Assembly (NCBI GenBank): GCA_051294375.1
Contig: CM119268.1
Span: forward strand, 3,041,737-3,105,736
Source of the DNA: Paraspadella gotoi
Lineage: Eukaryota > Animalia > Chaetognatha
DNA length: 64,000 nucleotides
Reading direction: 5' to 3'
Positions 57,646 to 64,000 of this stretch are shown piece by piece. Within the stretch, counting starts at the first letter, position 1; each line of letters opens with the position of its first letter. Made by a program: the position numbers and the translations under genes. Under the pieces are notes generated by a model. It saw only the letters and a list, made by a program, of their open reading frames with translations, made no database searches and had not been told where the DNA came from.

Positions 57646-60600
57646 GTAAGTCCCTGGGAATCCAAATGGGGGAAGAGGCCTTTTCGCGGCCAGATCATTC
57701 GTTAAAATATTAGAATTAAATTATTTTTAAAATTATGACTGATCGAAGCGCGGAAATCCTCTTTACAAAGAATTTTTGGACCTAAATGCCCAAGTTTTCG
57801 ATGTTTGGTGTCACACCTTCTAAAACGATTTTGCACCACGTTTATCTGTCGTCTCTTAGATTAAACAAAATTAAACTTAGGTTTAAAAAAAAGTCAAAGA
57901 ATCTTCGGGCAATCTGGACCCAAAATCGACCAATCCAGGGGACCGGAAAACGACCTGTCTCTATTCTTCTTGCACATGTTGTTAATATTTTTCCGTTTAA
58001 CCGTTTCCCGCATCGAAAAACTGTAAGTCAGCAGAGTTTCTAGTTTATTGTAGCTAGTCCTAAGTGATTGGTGATTGTCAACAAAAAAACATTGCTTTGT
58101 AATTTTTGCTAGAGCTCTTTGATTTATGCATTTCGCATTTTAGTTTAGCAGATTCGTCGTGGCGGCAAATGATTGACCATTCTCTTTTCCTTCCAACTCT
58201 ATTCTCTAATCCACGCCATCTTTTCAATTCTCCCTCACTTTTTCTTTCCTCTATCTTCGTCTTTTTACACGTCTCTTTATTCTTTAAAAAATTTGTCTTC
58301 ATCTATATTTTTTCTTCCTCTTCTCTCCTTTTTCTTTTCTTCTCTCCATCTTCGCCCTCTCCCTTTATCCTTCCACCCAGGCGGTATCCAGAAGGAATGA
58401 ACGGTTAGGCGGGTTCAACTATCCGCGCGCCGCTCCCCCACTCCCATCATTTCCCCATTCGACAACAGTGAACCCCAGCTCAGTAGCGTTCTGTCTTCGG
58501 GCACCTCCCCACGCCACCCATCCTTCCCCCACCCAGTCCCGATCCCTACCCCACCGCTTCTGCCCTGCCCCCCGTCCCCCACCTAACCACGTGCGCCCTC
58601 CTGGCCGCCGCACACCTCCCGGCGTCGCTGTTTCCCCGGCGACTCTTCGCCCCCTACATCAGTCAGTGCCACCCCTACGCCTCACAGCACGCTAGGTGAG
58701 TCGCTGACTATATTAGTTGACTGCTCAAAAGTTTGGTAATTAGAAAGTGATGTTGAATCTGATAAATAAATTTTTATTATGAACTTATATTTCGTTATCA
58801 AAAACACTAGCTAGTTAGTATATACAAACGTTTAGTTTTCTCAGTAAAATTGAATTTTAGAAATAAATTACTTTGAAATCTAAATTTTTAATAAGAAAAT
58901 CAAATAAAAATCAAATAAAAATATTATTTGCTTAAATTAATTAAAGTGTTTCTCTTTCGTTCAAGGAGGTTCTGCGGCGTCAAGAAAAGTGCGGCGGGCG
59001 GAAGAGCCAGCGCGGATCTTCTCCCCCCAATTCATCTTCCTCATCCCCGAAACTGAATCTACTGAACCATGCACTGAAATTTCGGACGAGGTACAACCAG
59101 AAATACGACAACATGAAAACAAAAAAAAAATAACAAACCGGATATAAAAAAAAGTCTCATCAAACAATCAACTTGTCATATTACCATTCACGTTCTTCAG
59201 TAAATTCCCCTTGCATCGATAATTAGCCCAAACTGATTCTACTTTTACCCTTATTGTGTCGCCCATTTTTCTCTGTGGTTTTTGACTGTATTTAATCTAT
59301 CCTTTTACCTTGATCTTTACATAGTTTTGCCTTTTTTTTTGAGACAAAGGTTTTTTGATAACTCCTAGGCTGTATCAGTTATTTACGTTACTTTATTTTC
59401 TTGCTTAAAACTTATTGAATATTGATGGAGAAATTTTCAGATGAAGTACTAACATCTTTAGTTTACCTTGTACGAGAATGATATCACTGTATTGTGATGT
59501 TATTTTCTTTCTAAGTTTTGCGTCACAGTTTCTATATCCAGAGCAAATTGTAGTAATTACCAGTATATTAAGAATCAGCTTTTTATCGTGAATGTTAGAA
59601 TGTTGTTTTACTGTGAATGAATAATGGATATCAGTTACTATGCCTGTCTATGCACCTGAATGACGGGTTAGTGTTTAAACGTTACTTTGTTGAATTAGCA
59701 GACGCATTTCCCTTACATACTGTGCGGTTTAGTATTCATTGTTATACCTTAAATATGTCTCTCGGTGTATAATTTCTTCAATCATTTAGAATTAGAATTA
59801 TGTACTGAGTGTATGATAATTGAAGGCATAAATAATTTTGTAAGTTAAAGCAAGATAAAAATCCTATATATCTGTAAAGAATATGCCAAAATGTTACATG
59901 AGGTAGTCATGAAATATAATTTATCTTTGCTTCAATAATCTAGTCCCTTGATTCGAAATTAAGATAGTAAAGCTATAGGCATAGGGATTTGGTAAAGTTC
60001 TATTCAAATATTAACTCACAACAATTTTTTTACCAGTTTTCAAAAAGTTTTAATGTTGCTTCTGAAAAGTCTTACTCACCGTGAATTATTACTGTTTTTT
60101 CAGGTGTCCAATGAATGAAACGAATACTAAAGTCATATATTTATATTTTTATTTTCAACAGACTATAGATACATTCGTAATATTATAAGACTAGCTAAAT
60201 AAAAAAAATTGTAAATTACATTAAATGTACATTAAGTTAAAGCAGTTAACGGATATTACAATTGAGGGGCCGCGAGACCGTGGTCGCAGTATTAGTTAGG
60301 GCAGAATATTTTACTTAAAACCCATATTAATTTCAAGTTGTCTTTTGTTATATCTTAAACACTGCATACAAAGTAACGGTACCAATCGGTTAAATTTTTT
60401 ACTAAAACAATTGCTCCGTATTTGCCGTTAAAATTAAATATATACTGGTATGTACTAAGTCAATTCAATCTTCGATTCCTATAGCTAAATCTATATATTA
60501 AATAAACTACTGTATTTTGATATTTTTTGGTGTATTAAAGAAAGATGACAATATAAAACTGTATTTTTGTATTTGTATTATCTTTCATCGGGTCCGAGGA

Positions 60601-61459
60601 CCATGGGCCACAGTAATTTACACTATGCAATTTAGAAACACAATGCAATTAGAAACAGTAAATTGGACAATGCAAATGCTGACTATGATCTACTTTAATT
60701 CATATTAACTAATCGTATCGAGATAGTTAATTAATGAATCATAAAAAGAGAGTATTAAACAAGAATGTTAACTTCACAATCTGTATTCTGTACTTCTCTT
60801 TTCTCTCTTTGAAACGAAAATCCCCGTACCTATAAGAAACAAATACTGCATCTAATAAAAGTTACACTGTTTCGTAGTTAAACTCTTCCTTATTCATTTG
60901 TTGAACGTTTTATTCCCTTTTGCAACTCATTTCCTTTCCCCTACGAAATTGAGAGGAAAACTATGAAACAAAAGTTATTCGATTACCATTTAGTTTTTTT
61001 AGAATATTATACTGGGTCCGTTTCGATATATTTCATAAATATTTTTATCAATTAGGAATTGAATACGTTAACGAGTAAATTTTCTACTTTTCTGTTTCTT
61101 TTTCAAATATACATTATACAATCTGAGCGGAATTTCCCTTATTACAACAAAACATTCCTTAGATGACTTCATAAAAAGTTTTTGATCAAATGCATACTTC
61201 CAGACGACGCGAAAAACGATTTATGCCGAGTAAGACTGAATAAACTGATAAAATGTTATAAAGCATTTTTCAGTGACGCACCCTCTTTCTCTCTTTTCAT
61301 CCGGTCTTCATGGAATGCAGTCTTTCTCTCAGCATTAAATCGCTGCCGGAAAACTCGAACGACCGGTCTTTAGCGATTTCTCTCTTTTTTTTTTTTTTTT
61401 TTTTGTATCATCGTCGTTTTGTCGTCGTTGTCGCNNNNNNNNNNNNNNNNNNNNNNNNN

Positions 61460-64000
61460 TCTACATTGTGATACGTAGATTAAAAGCAACACAACAAGTG
61501 TTGATTTAAGTTTTTTCGTAAATTCACAAATTTCCCAGACTCATTTGGAACACTAAGTGTGAGGGCTATCCAGTATCCAATCCTGCAAAGAGCGCACAGT
61601 GACCCTCTCAGTCATTCTCGCGTGTCATTTCTCATAGAAACAAGAATAAAATTTTTACCGTCGGAAAAATAAACGTTTCAACGTAATTGATAATTATCAT
61701 TTATCTCCTTTCCTTGATTGATTGATCCGTTCCTTTAATCACATAATATATAATAACCTCCTTGTCTCCACGTCTCGTAGTTTTATTATTCCGACCCAGT
61801 CCCCTGTTGTAATCAAAACCAAAAATCGCTTTTCGAATGTATTTATTCCATCAGGATTCAGAAATATATATATCAAAACCATCATATTAATAACACATAA
61901 TAACAATATCTCGTGATAAACATGAAAAAAAAGTAAAGTGAGATGTAATTGAAAATTATTATTTATTTTTACAATCACTAAGAGCGAAAGAAGAAGAAGA
62001 AAAAAATTAACAAAGGCGGATATCGGGTCAAAAATTTACCAATAAAAATCATAATTTAATAGTTTTAGGCAAGATTAGTATAAGTAGTATAAGCACAAAG
62101 AAGCATTAAAACTGTACCAGCAAACCGTCAATATCATTTGTATAAATCGTCATCTCAAAGTCTGTAACGTGGAGTTTGTGACCTCCTCCTCCGCCCACGT
62201 TTCTGACAACCCTGAGGACGTCTCCCTCAATCGCGCTCATCGACGACGGGGTGCGCCTCCTCGCAGACGATCTTCTCCTCTTCCTCGTGCGGCGCCAATC
62301 CGCTGCAGGAGTGGGGATTCTCTGCGACGACGCGGGTGCCGCGGAGAAGGCAGAGAGAAAGATCTGTTGAAGTTAATAATCAATTATTAAAATTAATCAA
62401 TATTAAATTTTGAAATAATTAATTATTAAAGTTAATTATTTGATTGATTAATTGAGTTATGAAAAATTTTTATTGATTATTTTGGATTTATGGACCAAAT
62501 TCTCAATCCTTTTCAACCATAAACCTGTCCTTTCTGGTTACCCAGCCTTGGTCATTCCATTTCATGGAAAATACCAATTTTCTTCAGCCCTGGGCTCTCC
62601 ACAATAACGTCGAACCATGTCTCAGGACAAAAGTGAGGTCGTCCGGGTCCACGTTCTGAGAAAAGACAAGTCTTTCATAATATTGCAAATTATTTTATTT
62701 ATAAGCTAAACTATTAATTATATTAAATTCACCGACTAATCCCTCCTCACGATTCTCTGCACTCGGGGTCGAAAGTCTGCGAAGCGGGGATGAAGGCGGT
62801 GAAGGCAAAGAGCCTCGTCGAAAGTGAGGAAGGAGAAGATGTGGCGAAGGGCTAGGTGAGGCCAAAGAGGTTAGGTGGGAAAGAGAAAGGGTGGGGGGTG
62901 GAGGCTGGTAGAGGAAGAGCGCAGGTTGTAACGGTGGGAGGTTAAGGCTGAGCTGAAAAGTTATAATAAAAAAAGGTTAGGGTTCGGAAAAAAAGTTCTC
63001 TCCCAATACAGACATCTTTAACCCACCCCATTGGCCGCAATTTGTGGACTTGTTTTTAATGTTGCAAACCGTCCTGTATGAGTGACATTTTTGGGAATTA
63101 CTGCCATTTGCCGATATTTTGAAATGTTTTACCTAAAATAATATCACTTCATCAGAAAGTTTATCTCATGCAAGTGAGAGAGAAGTAAGAGTATAGGGAG
63201 GACGAGAGGGAGGAAGAGTGACATTCTGATGGCTTGCATCTGCAGAATGAAGTGAAAAGGACTTGAAACTATGAATAAAAATCTACCGGGAAAACTCGTA
63301 AAAAACGGAGTTTCCTCCGGGCAAAACAAAATTAGTGAGATTTTTTTAAAGTAATTAGTTATTAGAATCAAAATCAATCAATCAATCATTGATGATGAAT
63401 TGTCATTTTAAAGTCTTTGACTCCGAGTTTGTGACCTCCTCCTCCGCCCACGTTCCTGACAACCCTGAGGACGTCTCCCTCAATCGCCTCGTCGACGACG
63501 GGGTGCGCCTCCACGCAGACGATCTTCTCCTCTACCTCGCTGCGGGCGCCCATCCGCTGCACGAGTGGGGATTCTCTGCGACGACGCGGCTGCGCGGAGA
63601 AGGCGGAGGAAGATCTGTTGATATTATATAATATATATAGTTTACTGTTTGGTGTATTGTGTATTACTTTTCCCTACCATTAGATTAGGCGTCATGAGAC
63701 AATTAGTACTTTGTACATTTTTAGGGATTAATTAATAAAAAAAATTAATTAAATAAATCCTTTAATGAAACGAAAATTCATTTGTTGGCTAAATTATTAT
63801 GAAATTAATTGCCCGAGTGATTGGTTGATAAATTGTTTTAACAATTTCTTTATTTATATGTAAAGTGTAGATTTATTCGATTTATTACTAATATTAATTA
63901 TTAGTTTGGCAGACTTTTTAATGCTGATGAAGGCTTGTAGTTAAGCCGAAACATGTCCGTTTTTTATTAAAAATAAAATCGTTGTTGAAAATTCATTTCA
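61460..64000. repeat. Near-identical duplicate of ~36144-38681 (F-box A and the last exon of F-box B), with many 1-bp indels
   Basis: Colinear match starting right after an N-gap; differences are almost all single-base indels. Confidence 0.93.
63920..63961 (+). ncRNA. Hammerhead ribozyme motif (copy of 38601-38642 in the duplicated block)
   Basis: Identical AATGCTGATGAAGGCTTGTAGTTAAGCCGAAACATGTCCGTT. Confidence 0.75.

Overview
AT-rich, microsatellite-rich invertebrate (metazoan) genomic DNA with GC-rich exons and three N-gaps. Host genes: a vrille/NFIL3 (E4BP4) bZIP repressor (+, ~9.3-19.2 kb, two alternative 3' ends), two tandem intact ~195-aa F-box genes with a C-terminal domain I cannot assign (WNDQG[W/Y]GN...APH...VGGGGGH; -, 36.8-39.3 kb), BiP/GRP78 (-, 40.3-45.4 kb, ERSE-II in its promoter) and CtBP (+, from 54.2 kb). 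BiP and CtBP carry many 1-bp indels, most likely consensus errors, and 61.5-64 kb is an indel-ridden copy of 36.1-38.7 kb. Mobile DNA: a full-length CsRN1-clade Ty3/gypsy element (-1 frameshift, DGG protease motif) nested in a 27-bp-TIR DNA element; a hAT-like foldback MITE carrying a 322-bp array and a CCA-containing tRNA-Lys copy; several DINE-1/HINE-like Helentron derivatives. Most notable: a dispersed family of tiny inserts, some TSD-flanked, built around a minimal type-I hammerhead ribozyme (CTGATGA-A-GGCTT..AAGCC-GAAACATGTC) in host introns. Coordinates were read by eye and may be off by a few bases.
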